41,198 nucleotides of DNA, taken from positions 1 through 41,198 of the IMG/VR virus record IMGVR_UViG_3300044723_002720; one strand, written 5' to 3'. Both the position numbers and the translations under genes were made by a program. Source of the DNA: a virus (lineage: Duplodnaviria > Caudoviricetes). The notes beneath the pieces were generated by a model. It did no database searches. It was not told where the DNA came from and saw only the letters and a list, made by a program, of their open reading frames with translations. Shown piece after piece: positions 27,731 to 36,398 of this stretch (its first letter is position 1; every line of letters starts with the position of its first letter).

Positions 27731-30124
27731 TTATTCTTCATCGTGTTCTATTATCATCATCCACTTACCCTGTGCATCCCTGCCATCATTGACATTACTG
27801 CCTGCTGCAAACTTTCCATAGGCTAACATCCATTTGTTAAACCTGCTTCGGCTGATTGTCATCTTAGACTTTGGTGCGTAGTCGGGATAGTCGGAAATAA
27901 AATCATAGTAGCAATCTTGCATACGAATCCTCTCGTTGGTTCTTAGATTGTGGTTTATTGTGCCACCTTTCAGTAGTCCACACCACTCAATAAAGTCGTG
28001 CGATGTTTCTGCTGATAGCTGACGAACCCTCAAGTTAACAAACTTACTCTTCACAAGTCCATCACTCAAGTAACTTTGAAGGCAAGTTATCATATAGTTA
28101 TCAAACTCACACCAATCGTCATCATTCCAATCCCCAAACATCAGCTTACCAAACTCATCCAATGGAGTGAAGTCTTTGTGGTAGTGCTGGAAGAACTCTA
28201 ACTCCCACTTCCTCCTAGCAAATGAGTTACCTGCACCCTTGATTGCATAGTTAGTAGTGATTGCAATCTTTGGAGATTTGCTGAATGGTATCTTGATAGC
28301 ATCCTTGTTCTTCTTCTCTAATGTCAATCCCTCTGTAACTACGGAGAACAATCTCTCGAAGTCGAAGTTCTTTTTCACATCATCGAACACAAGTATCTGC
28401 GTGTCTGCCGATACAAGTTGATATGCAAATGACCTCTCGAAGTTAAATGATTTGCCATCAATGGTTACAACTTTCTTCATCTGTCCAAGTGCGTTCATAA
28501 AGATTCCCTTACCTGTACCTCCTTCGGGATTGTCAGATATAACTTCATCATTGAGAATCACAGCAGGACAGAACGATAGGTTCTTGTGTCCGTGCATCAT
28601 AAAACCAATAGTGGATTTCATAGATACAATCCTATTGTCGTCATTGTTACATATGTTCCGTATGAACTTAGCATAGCTGAATGACTCAGAGAATCCACAA
28701 TGATGAAAGTTTCTATCAATCACATGGTCTTTCCATACATATCCACCCAAGTCCAAGTAGTCTATCTTCTCCACTCTATCCTTTGTAATTTTTACTGCAC
28801 AATTTTTATAGTACAGATAGCTTGTGTCTTTTGTGTCCTCGATGAAATATATATCTATCGTGGACAGTAGGGTTAGAAACTCCTCTCTAAAGAATCTCGT
28901 TTGGTCTGCAAAGTAATTGTATATACTGATGTCATCCAACTCAATTAGATGCGATAGTATAAAGTCCTTTATCTGCTTCTCATCTGTGTGGTCTATAAGA
29001 TTGTTTGTTACCTTTACGAACACATAGTTCCTGCTCCCTTCGGGGCAAAACTTATAGAAGCCATTGTCTTCTAAAAACTGTTTGAACAGAACATGGATTA
29101 TTTTGATTGCACCTTTGTCGTTCTTTGTCCAAAAGGTAGCTTCCTTATTCTCATCTTCCAATCTGTTTATCACACTATCAATCACTTCTCCTTCTAAATC
29201 TGACTGCTGCAACTGATGCCTTACCTCTTTTCTTGATACACCCCTGCGTAGTTTTAAACGCAGGTTGTTTATCCTGTCTTCATCTTCGTAATACTTCGAA
29301 CCGAACTTAGCCGTGTTAGCATATGCCGAGTTGATTGTGGTTGTGATTTCTTTCTCTGTAAAATCTCCTGCTTGATATTGATTTAGTACATACGATGCCA
29401 AAGACCTATTGACTCCAAAGTCATTCATCGCTGCTGCAAGTATGAAGCAGTTTTGATTTCGCTGACCTTCAACCATAGGGTACTTCTTGTGCCACCAATT
29501 AACAAGTATGTCCACTATCTTATTCTCATCTGTTATTGGAATGGTTGGTGCATCCCTGAACTTGTATCTTTCTTCTCGTTCCTTCTCTTCAATCTTATCC
29601 CATATGGAAGAATTATCATTCACATATATAAGTGCATCCCAAGATTCATAGCACACCCTCGATACATTCTTCGATGTCGTATCAAAGTATTCGTTGTTAA
29701 AGTAATTCTCTAAGGAGTTAAAGTAATTCACATGGTTGTCTGTGTCCTTTGGTATCTTAACCAGCACCTTCAATCCTTTCCCACTTGGAGATATGAATAC
29801 GGAGTAGACATACTTGTTCTTCGTAAACTTCTCCTTGTCTTGCAGCATATCTTTTCTCTTCTCATAGCCATCAAAGTCCAAACATATGAAACCACTATGC
29901 TCACTGATAGAAGAGTCTGTCCTCTTTGTGAAGACACCACTAAAACATATGGCAGGTAAATTCTGCTTCAACTCTTGTCTTATCTTCTTGTTCTTCTCAG
30001 ACCTTATCTTCTTTATTAAATCTTTATTAGTGCCATCCTTAATCCGCTCAAGGATAAGTTCTATTGGTCTATGGAAAGGAGCATTAGTATCTTTAATGTT
30101 CCTAAATATGGTTATCTGTGTCAT
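27731..30124 (-). CDS. Primase-helicase (BT4734/VirE-N AEP domain, PriCT-like domain, SF3-type helicase)
   Basis: K..LP.ICFSG.F, HSGFICLDFD, F.SPSG.GLK, D......SR.CY.S.D, G.RN motifs, then GGTGKG Walker A, VFDD Walker B and ITTN. Confidence 0.88.
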   Translation of the reverse strand: MTQITIFRNIKDTNAPFHRPIELILERIKDGTNKDLIKKIRSEKNKKIRQELKQNLPAICFSGVFTKRTDSSISEHSGFICLDFDGYEKRKDMLQDKEKFTKNKYVYSVFISPSGKGLKVLVKIPKDTDNHVNYFNSLENYFNNEYFDTTSKNVSRVCYESWDALIYVNDNSSIWDKIEEKEREERYKFRDAPTIPITDENKIVDILVNWWHKKYPMVEGQRNQNCFILAAAMNDFGVNRSLASYVLNQYQAGDFTEKEITTTINSAYANTAKFGSKYYEDEDRINNLRLKLRRGVSRKEVRHQLQQSDLEGEVIDSVINRLEDENKEATFWTKNDKGAIKIIHVLFKQFLEDNGFYKFCPEGSRNYVFVKVTNNLIDHTDEKQIKDFILSHLIELDDISIYNYFADQTRFFREEFLTLLSTIDIYFIEDTKDTSYLYYKNCAVKITKDRVEKIDYLDLGGYVWKDHVIDRNFHHCGFSESFSYAKFIRNICNNDDNRIVSMKSTIGFMMHGHKNLSFCPAVILNDEVISDNPEGGTGKGIFMNALGQMKKVVTIDGKSFNFERSFAYQLVSADTQILVFDDVKKNFDFERLFSVVTEGLTLEKKNKDAIKIPFSKSPKIAITTNYAIKGAGNSFARRKWELEFFQHYHKDFTPLDEFGKLMFGDWNDDDWCEFDNYMITCLQSYLSDGLVKSKFVNLRVRQLSAETSHDFIEWCGLLKGGTINHNLRTNERIRMQDCYYDFISDYPDYAPKSKMTISRSRFNKWMLAYGKFAAGSNVNDGRDAQGKWMMIIEHDEE

Positions 30125-30294
30125 ATTAAATTAGATTATGTTATTTATGTGTTGACTCGATGTTGATTAAACCCTTGTAAAATATAGGTTTGTGTTATTA
30201 TGTTAATTATTATTATCGTATATAAAGAAAAAAAAATAAATATATAAAGTAGTAGTAGTAGTATAGGGAGCAAAGAAGTCTACACATATAAATT

Positions 30295-30326
30295 AAAAGA
30301 AATGCCCAACATGGGTTAGGCACTTC
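30295..30326 (-). terminator. Intrinsic terminator after the SSB-like gene
   Basis: On the - strand GAAGTGCCTAAC-CCAT-GTTGGGCATTTC then TTTT. Confidence 0.7.
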
Positions 30327-30352
30327 ATAAAACCTTTTATAACTAAGCAATC

Positions 30353-30613
30353 TTAGAATGGTAAGTCTGCTTCTTGCTTTGGTGCTTGAGTAGCTTCTCC
30401 ACTTTTTGTTGGTTTCCATGTGTCCAACTCGGTGTAATACTGACCACCTTTTGATTGTTTAATCTGTACATTAACCCAACCATTGTCTTGATTGTCTTTC
30501 AAGAACTTGATGGCATCATCAACTTTCATTGACAATCTACCAACTACAAAGTCGGGTGCATTTTCGTTACGCTTAAATGAAAATCCATCTGCAAATACTT
30601 TCTCATCTGCCAT
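30353..30613 (-). CDS. Putative single-stranded DNA-binding protein
   Basis: 86 aa ending in EADLPF (SSB-type acidic tip), last gene of the recombination cluster. Confidence 0.65.
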   Translation of the reverse strand: MADEKVFADGFSFKRNENAPDFVVGRLSMKVDDAIKFLKDNQDNGWVNVQIKQSKGGQYYTELDTWKPTKSGEATQAPKQEADLPF

Positions 30614-30633
30614 AATAAATAAATTTATAGTTA

Positions 30634-31374
30634 TTAAAATAATTCCTCCTTATGAAACCAAGAACGAACATCCTCTGTAGGATTGCTCCCAAAGAATTTG
30701 TTGTACACTTGTATTGCTTGTTCAACCTTACGCTTACCACTCTCATAAAATGATTCAGCACAAGGAAACTCTGCGAGTCTATTACTACCTTTCTCTCCAA
30801 CTAGGAAGAGCATTGGCTTACCAAAGAACTCTCGGTACAGATACGCTTGGCTATCGTAGTTATACTTCTTTGCGTTCCATTTAAAGTCTTTGATACTCTT
30901 AGTGGTCTTCAAGTCAATGATAACATCGTCAGACAATATATCTGTTTTACCTTTCCAAAACAAACCCATTACCTCCTTGATTGCAGGAACTTCGTATTGA
31001 TTCCCCATTTGATATATCAATGAAGAGAAGTATTCGCTATGCTTCATAGCACCAACGAGAAAGTTTATCTCATCGACTTCCTTCTGTAGTAATAGGAATG
31101 GTTCTCCCGATTCAGCAACTGCATCTGTATACTTCTTTGCCCTACGAGATGATACATCAATAGACTTTATAGTGTCTATTTTTTGGGGTTCTATAAGTGC
31201 GTAGTGAAACAACCTACCCATAGCAAAGTTTGCATTGTCTTCCCTCGACACACCAAAACTTAATGGGTCTGTCAGTAGCGTGCCAATATCTGAATTGGAT
31301 AGGTACTTCTTACCCACACCCTTATAGTATTGCTCATCATCTTTGAGCAAGTCTAAGTCTTTCTCTAAACTCAT
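30634..31374 (-). CDS. RecE/ExoVIII-like PD-(D/E)XK exonuclease (DUF3799-like)
   Basis: LSNS, G..FH...IEP, KGKTD, IIDLKTT and Y.YD.QA.LY motifs. Confidence 0.85.
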   Translation of the reverse strand: MSLEKDLDLLKDDEQYYKGVGKKYLSNSDIGTLLTDPLSFGVSREDNANFAMGRLFHYALIEPQKIDTIKSIDVSSRRAKKYTDAVAESGEPFLLLQKEVDEINFLVGAMKHSEYFSSLIYQMGNQYEVPAIKEVMGLFWKGKTDILSDDVIIDLKTTKSIKDFKWNAKKYNYDSQAYLYREFFGKPMLFLVGEKGSNRLAEFPCAESFYESGKRKVEQAIQVYNKFFGSNPTEDVRSWFHKEELF

Positions 31375-31391
31375 ATGGTTTAATTTATGAG

Positions 31392-31409
31392 AGTGTCTTC
31401 AAAGACACT
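31392..31409. repeat. 18-bp palindrome copy (centre CA)
   Basis: GAGAGTGTCTTCAAAGACACTCTC, 17 nt upstream of the exonuclease ATG. Confidence 0.95.
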
Positions 31410-31420
31410 CTCGGATTAAA

Positions 31421-32029
31421 TTATTTTAGGATGTTATTGATTTCTTGCAGGGTTTCTTTCGGTAGTATGTACTTAGTTCTAACTTGTGATATAAGTAACT
31501 CAGTAGCAGTTCCCTTTTCATACTCGTTAGTAATGTACTCTACCACCTTCTTCCAATTAGGAGTACCAACCTTTAGTTGTGGCTTTGTCTTTCTGACTGC
31601 TGCCTTCTCCTTTACCTGCTCAGTAGGTTCACTTGATTGTGGCAAGTCTTCCCCTGCGTAGATGTACAATCCAAGACCATGCCTTGCAATAGCTTTGGTC
31701 AATGACCTTTGGATGCTTGAGTTCACATGGAATGATGTGATTGATTCACAAGGAATACTCTTGTTCCTATAGTCCATAATAGGTAGGTACTCGATGTGTT
31801 CGATGTCGTCTATGCGAACACCTGTCTTTACCCACCCTGTCATTCCATCGTGATGGTAGTTCAATCCATACTCATTCTCATAAACACGATAGGTTGCATT
31901 AGGGTAGTGTTCCTTAACAATACCCCACGCCCACGCCCAAGATAGATAAGACAATCCATTCTTCTTTTCTACCTTGTCGTTTACATTAATCTTGGATAGT
32001 ATCTCCCAAGTTGATTTCGTCTTTGACAT
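31421..32029 (-). CDS. Sak-like (DUF1071, Rad52-family) single-strand annealing protein
   Basis: LSKINVND.VEKK.GLSYLSWAWAW, LPIMDYRNK and QR.LTKAIARHGLGLYIYAGEDLP motifs. Confidence 0.9.
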   Translation of the reverse strand: MSKTKSTWEILSKINVNDKVEKKNGLSYLSWAWAWGIVKEHYPNATYRVYENEYGLNYHHDGMTGWVKTGVRIDDIEHIEYLPIMDYRNKSIPCESITSFHVNSSIQRSLTKAIARHGLGLYIYAGEDLPQSSEPTEQVKEKAAVRKTKPQLKVGTPNWKKVVEYITNEYEKGTATELLISQVRTKYILPKETLQEINNILK

Positions 32030-32429
32030 AATTCCTTTCTTTAAATTGTTTAGTTTGATGATGAAATAATTTAATCAATCTTTCTCGGTAGTTCTTAAAG
32101 GTCTGTATCTTTCGGAAGTTGTTTCTGTTGTTAACTTCGTATCTGATTTTATCATTGACACCCTCTATTCTTTTGAGGATGTTGGACATCATCAGCCAAT
32201 ACACTCCTTGTTTTAATCCGTAGGTTTTAAATACATCAATCTCTTCTTCCTTGAGTTTGACATAGTAATCCCCACCCCTTGCTGTATTGTAGAACTCTAT
32301 CTGCCCACTCAACTTATCTCGGATAATCTTACATCCAAATAAAAGTCGTGCTTCGTAGAGCCTTGTGTCAAGTGGAACAGACAATCTATCTTCGCCTGCC
32401 TGCTCCCATAATTGTATCTCGGTAAACAT
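31986..32429 (-). CDS. Hypothetical protein
   Basis: 147 aa, TAATG-coupled to the upstream gene. Confidence 0.7.
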   Translation of the reverse strand: MFTEIQLWEQAGEDRLSVPLDTRLYEARLLFGCKIIRDKLSGQIEFYNTARGGDYYVKLKEEEIDVFKTYGLKQGVYWLMMSNILKRIEGVNDKIRYEVNNRNNFRKIQTFKNYRERLIKLFHHQTKQFKERNYVKDEINLGDTIQD

Positions 32430-32725
32430 TATTGTAGTGATTCAAACATGACTTCATAGTTAACATCATCTACAAACTTCTTCTCCATCCTTCTTATGGC
32501 ATTGATGATTGCAGTATGAGATACCTTGTGTCCATACTCAAGCATAAACTTTTGAATGGTAGCTACCCTCATCGGTCTGTTTTTGCACAACTTCCAAAGC
32601 ATATGTCTTGCTGCCGTAACATCTCTATCTAAATTCTTTGATAGAATGAGGCTCTTAGTAATGCCCATCTTTTCTGACACTGCACTTAGGTATAAATCAA
32701 ATGCTTCTTTGTTTTGTCTTCTCAT
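32429..32725 (-). CDS. DnaA domain IV (Bac_DnaA_C)-like HTH DNA-binding protein
   Basis: ILSK...R.V..ARHM...L and HTAII.AIRR match the DnaA C-terminal signature. Confidence 0.7.
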   Translation of the reverse strand: MRRQNKEAFDLYLSAVSEKMGITKSLILSKNLDRDVTAARHMLWKLCKNRPMRVATIQKFMLEYGHKVSHTAIINAIRRMEKKFVDDVNYEVMFESLQ

Positions 32726-32847
32726 TGTTTTTCGTTTTCCGATTCGTAAATATGTTTAGGTTTAGTAAACATTTCTTCTTGATATTCTTCTTCGAGCATA
32801 TTGTAATGGTCTTCCATTACCTGCTCCCATTTTAATTTAGTCTTCAT
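32722..32847 (-). CDS. Small acidic protein (41 aa), not in the ORF track
   Basis: MKTKLKWEQVMEDHYNMLEEEYQEEMF..., ATGA-coupled to the DnaA-C-like gene, just downstream of a promoter. Confidence 0.6.
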   Translation of the reverse strand: MKTKLKWEQVMEDHYNMLEEEYQEEMFTKPKHIYESENEKQ

Positions 32848-32866
32848 ATTAGATACTTCATTGTTA

Positions 32867-32897
32867 CAAATATATTAAAATTAACTTTCATCTCCAA
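32867..32897 (-). promoter_or_regulatory. Bacteroidota sigma-A promoter
   Basis: On the - strand TTG, 20 nt, TATATTTG. Confidence 0.6.
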
Positions 32898-33027
32898 CTA
32901 CTTTGTTGATTTTTTCCTTGATTGATTTGTTTTCATCTATGATACCCTGCTCATCCCACCACTTGTGGTCTTCTGCACTTTGTATCTCCATAATTCTTTT
33001 CAATCTTTCAAATTGATTCTCACTCAT
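32881..33027 (-). CDS. Small protein (48 aa), not in the ORF track
   Basis: MSENQFERLKRIMEIQSAEDHKWWDEQG..., 22 nt downstream of a palindrome copy. Confidence 0.6.
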   Translation of the reverse strand: MSENQFERLKRIMEIQSAEDHKWWDEQGIIDENKSIKEKINKVVGDES

Positions 33028-33049
33028 TGTTTAAAGTTTTAAAACGCAG

Positions 33050-33067
33050 AGTGTCTTCGAAGACACC
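33050..33067. repeat. Palindrome copy (centre CG, one terminal change)
   Basis: GCAGAGTGTCTTCGAAGACACCCTGC. The change gives a G.U pair on the - strand. Confidence 0.95.
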
Positions 33068-33096
33068 CTGCTAAAAAATACCCCAATCTCAAATTC

Positions 33097-33306
33097 TTAT
33101 ACCTCGATATGTCGTAGGTTGTTAATCTCCTCCATAATCTCTTCGAGGTGTTCGTTAAAAAGTTCCCTGCCTACACCAAGCAACTCTCCGTTGTTTGTTG
33201 TTTCCATTATGGCTTTCAATTTCTTTAGTGCATCCACCCCTTGATGGGCAGTCCTAAGATAGCTTGCTGTTGCATCAATCAAGATGCTCATTAGTTTGTT
33301 ATCCAT
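33097..33306 (-). CDS. Hypothetical protein
   Basis: 69 aa ORF tiling the operon. Confidence 0.65.
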   Translation of the reverse strand: MDNKLMSILIDATASYLRTAHQGVDALKKLKAIMETTNNGELLGVGRELFNEHLEEIMEEINNLRHIEV

Positions 33307-33316
33307 GTCGTTAAGT

Positions 33317-33610
33317 TTAAAATGTTGTGATTATATTTCCTTCTATTATTTCCATTGTGCTTTGTACTATGTACATGGAAAAAGATTTATCCCCAAACTT
33401 ATTCCATAGTCTTTCATCCCTTGTCTTGATAAAGTCTTGAACCAAACTATAACTCATTATGGTTCTTGCTATAGATTGTATTACACCTACAGATTCTTCA
33501 TCGTTATATCGGATTGCCTTTGGGTTGTCATCCCTTGACCTTTCCCAAGTCGTTGCGACATGGATTAGTATTGCGTTAAAAATTTGTGCTTCAACTGATT
33601 CAATTCTCAT
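33317..33610 (-). CDS. Hypothetical protein
   Basis: 97 aa, ATGA overlap with the upstream gene. Confidence 0.7.
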   Translation of the reverse strand: MRIESVEAQIFNAILIHVATTWERSRDDNPKAIRYNDEESVGVIQSIARTIMSYSLVQDFIKTRDERLWNKFGDKSFSMYIVQSTMEIIEGNIITTF

Positions 33611-33855
33611 TGTCTTCTGTTTTGAAAGTGAATAGATAGTTCCACATCTGTCCTATTGTTGATGATTACATATTCATAGAACCAATCCTTACGGAATACC
33701 TGCATGATTATCTCATCATCTTTCTTGCTAACGAATGTCTTGTAACCCCACGACCTTGTGATGGCATACATCTCTTCGCTTCTTGTTTCAAACTCATAGA
33801 GCCTGCATAATTCCAAGAACAGATGCTTGTTTGTTATGTTCTCGTGTGTTGTCAT
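33607..33855 (-). CDS. Hypothetical protein
   Basis: Start probably 33855 (ATGA overlap with the GH73 stop), 33873 is the alternative. Confidence 0.6.
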   Translation of the reverse strand: MTTHENITNKHLFLELCRLYEFETRSEEMYAITRSWGYKTFVSKKDDEIIMQVFRKDWFYEYVIINNRTDVELSIHFQNRRQ

Positions 33856-34502
33856 AGACTTCTCTTTATCCAATTAGAAAATTCGTTTAGCTTGTACTCC
33901 TCTATTATCCTCAATAGATTCTTCGTGTAGTTTATATCTGTGGCATAGCCACGCTGCTGTAACTCTTTCGCAAACTCGTAGCAATCCAACTCTCGGAAGT
34001 CCAAGTCTGCGTACCTGCTATTCGCCAAGAACCATTCACTCCTATCGACAAAGCATAGTTCTGCACTTTCGTATGTTCTGAACTTACTCTTTCGTGAAAC
34101 TCTTTTACCCTTGACATATTCATCCGAGTAGTAGTCAGCACCCTGCATACCCTTTCGGTATTCCTTGATGCCGAAGTAGTTGTGGTATTCTTTCGCCAGC
34201 TTAGACCTGCCCCAACCACTCTCAAGAATGGCTTGGGCAGTCATAACTTCCATTGGTAATCCCCACTTCAACTCCTCTGCCAATGCAGGAACTAACACCT
34301 TGTTTAGAAAGTCTGCTTGGTATGGTTTCAAATCCAAGTTACCTTGCAGCCAATCCTCTGTACCCTCACGCAACATTTCTTCCAAGTCCGTATCGTATGT
34401 ACGCAACTCTCTGAATGTATCGTATGGCATTTCTAAATCCCTTACACACGATGATAATAATAGTGTGATTATGATTGATACAATTAATCTTTTATTTCTC
34501 AT
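33852..34502 (-). CDS. GH73 glucosaminidase/muramidase (FlgJ-like) with lipoprotein signal peptide
   Basis: AQAILESGWG.S.LA...NYFGIK and GYATD..Y motifs, N-terminus MRNKRLIVSIIITLLLSS-C19. Confidence 0.9.
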   Translation of the reverse strand: MRNKRLIVSIIITLLLSSCVRDLEMPYDTFRELRTYDTDLEEMLREGTEDWLQGNLDLKPYQADFLNKVLVPALAEELKWGLPMEVMTAQAILESGWGRSKLAKEYHNYFGIKEYRKGMQGADYYSDEYVKGKRVSRKSKFRTYESAELCFVDRSEWFLANSRYADLDFRELDCYEFAKELQQRGYATDINYTKNLLRIIEEYKLNEFSNWIKRSL

Positions 34503-34505
34503 AAT

Positions 34506-34751
34506 TTAATGTTGAATTGAAAATCTAATTTCTCCATCTTTAATACATTTGTATCCACCATAGACAGAACCTTCTGTTTCCTTCTCTATCTCTTGGATTA
34601 AATGCATTGTGTCTATCCCTTGTTCTCTTGGTGCGGGATAATAGAAAGCAGTTCTCCCATTGTCAGCAGTTTTCTGTGCCATTTCAAGGATGCTTTGAAT
34701 GTGCTTTTTGAAGTTATTTTCAAGAGCAACTTTGTTTACTACTATTTTCAT
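34506..34751 (-). CDS. Hypothetical protein
   Basis: 81 aa ORF tiling the operon. Confidence 0.7.
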   Translation of the reverse strand: MKIVVNKVALENNFKKHIQSILEMAQKTADNGRTAFYYPAPREQGIDTMHLIQEIEKETEGSVYGGYKCIKDGEIRFSIQH

Positions 34752-34900
34752 AATTCTAATCCTTGTTCGTTATAAATGGTATAGTCCTTGTCGGGGTTTT
34801 CCCCTCGAAGTCTATACATTTCTTGTATAGCATCGGCTAACTTGTCAATAACCAAGACCGATTCAAACTTTCCGTTTGTTGTTTCTATTACCTCAAACAT
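34748..34900 (-). CDS. Small protein (50 aa), not in the ORF track
   Basis: MFEVIETTNGKFESVLVIDKLADAIQEMYRLRGENPDKDYTIYNEQGLEL, overlaps both neighbours (ATGA at its 3' end). Confidence 0.7.
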   Translation of the reverse strand: MFEVIETTNGKFESVLVIDKLADAIQEMYRLRGENPDKDYTIYNEQGLEL

Positions 34901-35087
34901 TGTGCATTTCGTTTTCGTTAATGAATGATTGTACTGCTTGGCGAATGGTCATACCTTTGTTACAGATTTTTTCCCAAGCATATAGATATACCTCTGTGTA
35001 TCTAACGATTACTCTGTCTGTCTTATCCCTTAGACTTGGGAATCTATCCCTAATCTCATTACATATTTCCTTTTGTAAGTTTGTCAT
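34893..35087 (-). CDS. Hypothetical protein
   Basis: Start reassigned to the ATG at 35087, downstream of the degenerate palindrome. Confidence 0.65.
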   Translation of the reverse strand: MTNLQKEICNEIRDRFPSLRDKTDRVIVRYTEVYLYAWEKICNKGMTIRQAVQSFINENEMHNV

Positions 35088-35102
35088 TGTTATTTTATTT
35101 GT

Positions 35103-35120
35103 GGTGTCGTACAAGACACC
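35103..35120. repeat. Degenerate palindrome copy
   Basis: GGTGTCGTACAAGACACC keeps the GTGTC/GACAC arms and the tttgt / ttgtt flanks. Confidence 0.7.
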
Positions 35121-35147
35121 TTGTTATTTAAAAGTTTTAAAGGAGAG

Positions 35148-35165
35148 AGTGTCTTCAAAGACACT
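35148..35165. repeat. 18-bp palindrome copy (centre CA)
   Basis: GAGAGAGTGTCTTCAAAGACACTCCCTC. Confidence 0.95.
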
Positions 35166-35184
35166 CCCTCTGAAATCTGCATAA

Positions 35185-36360
35185 TTAAAACGGAAAATCC
35201 GTATCTGCGTGGAACACATCGCCACATGGAGTGCAGTATGCCAACCCCTCGTACTCGTCAACAAGACATTGTGTACTGCAATTAGGACAGATGTTATCGT
35301 TAGCAAATGTTCTGCTATTGATAGTCCAACTCGGTAATTTTTTCTGTAAGTCAGACAACTTCTGTGTCTTTGTCTTTGTCTTGGTCTGTGTGGGAGTGAA
35401 TGAATAGTCCACCCCATAGTCATAGCTATCCCAATCTGCTGACCACTCGTAGTCATCCCAAGTATTCATATCGTAGCTATTCTGCTTGGTACTGCGATTC
35501 CATATCGTACCCTCATATGATTGTACGACATTCTTACGCTGATGCTCGGCAAGTCCGAAGAAGTCCTCGTTGATGAAGTACACCCACGCATCTACAACCT
35601 CGCCACTATCCAATACAATCTGCGTTACCTTGCGTGTATAGAAGTTGGGATGCCCCTCCAACCTATCCAAGTCAATCATCTCCCAATGGTCGCAGTCATA
35701 CACCTCGACATCTACATTGTGTCCAACACCTTTGGTATCGTACATATACGGAAGACCCGATACACGCAAGGGATATTTACTTTTGGTCTTACCGTTGCCG
35801 ACAAACTTTGCTGACTTGATTAGTCCGTGATTGCCATACCCCTGCTTGAGTGTGCCATAGACAGCCACCCTTTTCATAAGCACATTGTCTTTGGAATACC
35901 AAACGCCATCGTGTCTGTACCAATCATCCTTGTTGTATATCTGATAGGATTTGTAATGCGTGTTGACCGTAACAAATCGGCAGTCAAATTGTGCCAAGTG
36001 TTTCTTCCACTTTGCCCTACGCATATTGCATAGGTGATTAGCCAAGTCTTGTGTGTCGGTCATGTCCTTGTTACCATACCCCATAATTGTACCATTCTGC
36101 ATGAGGTACTCGTGTGGATTGTTGCCACAAGGGAACGGATGGATGTTGTCCTTACACACCTTGCCGATTGTCGCATACCTAAAGTGTGCTATGAATGGTC
36201 TGTTGGTCTGTAATAGTTTCCAATCCCTTGATTCGTGGTATGTAATCTCGTAGCTATCAAGCCACACCACACCAAGTCCATGTGGATTTATGATAGACGA
36301 CCTGCGTAGTATGTTGGTGTCTATTTTGTTGTCGTTATTCTTTACAATAATTACGCACAT
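35185..36360 (-). CDS. Class II glutamine amidotransferase fused to gamma-glutamylcyclotransferase (AIG2-like) and a C-terminal Zn ribbon
   Basis: N-terminal M-C, NPHG.G, HFRYAT, HPF, NG, TD motifs, then VAVYGTLK.G and LD.LEG, then CPNC...CTPC. Confidence 0.88.
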   Translation of the reverse strand: MCVIIVKNNDNKIDTNILRRSSIINPHGLGVVWLDSYEITYHESRDWKLLQTNRPFIAHFRYATIGKVCKDNIHPFPCGNNPHEYLMQNGTIMGYGNKDMTDTQDLANHLCNMRRAKWKKHLAQFDCRFVTVNTHYKSYQIYNKDDWYRHDGVWYSKDNVLMKRVAVYGTLKQGYGNHGLIKSAKFVGNGKTKSKYPLRVSGLPYMYDTKGVGHNVDVEVYDCDHWEMIDLDRLEGHPNFYTRKVTQIVLDSGEVVDAWVYFINEDFFGLAEHQRKNVVQSYEGTIWNRSTKQNSYDMNTWDDYEWSADWDSYDYGVDYSFTPTQTKTKTKTQKLSDLQKKLPSWTINSRTFANDNICPNCSTQCLVDEYEGLAYCTPCGDVFHADTDFPF

Positions 36361-36377
36361 AATTTCTTATATTTATG

Positions 36378-36395
36378 AGTGTCTTTGAAGACACT
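36378..36395. repeat. 18-bp palindrome copy (centre TG)
   Basis: Between amidoligase and GATase, 17 nt before the ATG. Confidence 0.95.
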
Positions 36396-36398
36396 CGG

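Noticed and set aside
30213-30800. ORFs 30213-30419 and 30603-30800
   Set aside because: They overlap the SSB and exonuclease genes in other frames, and the first runs through a terminator and low-complexity DNA.
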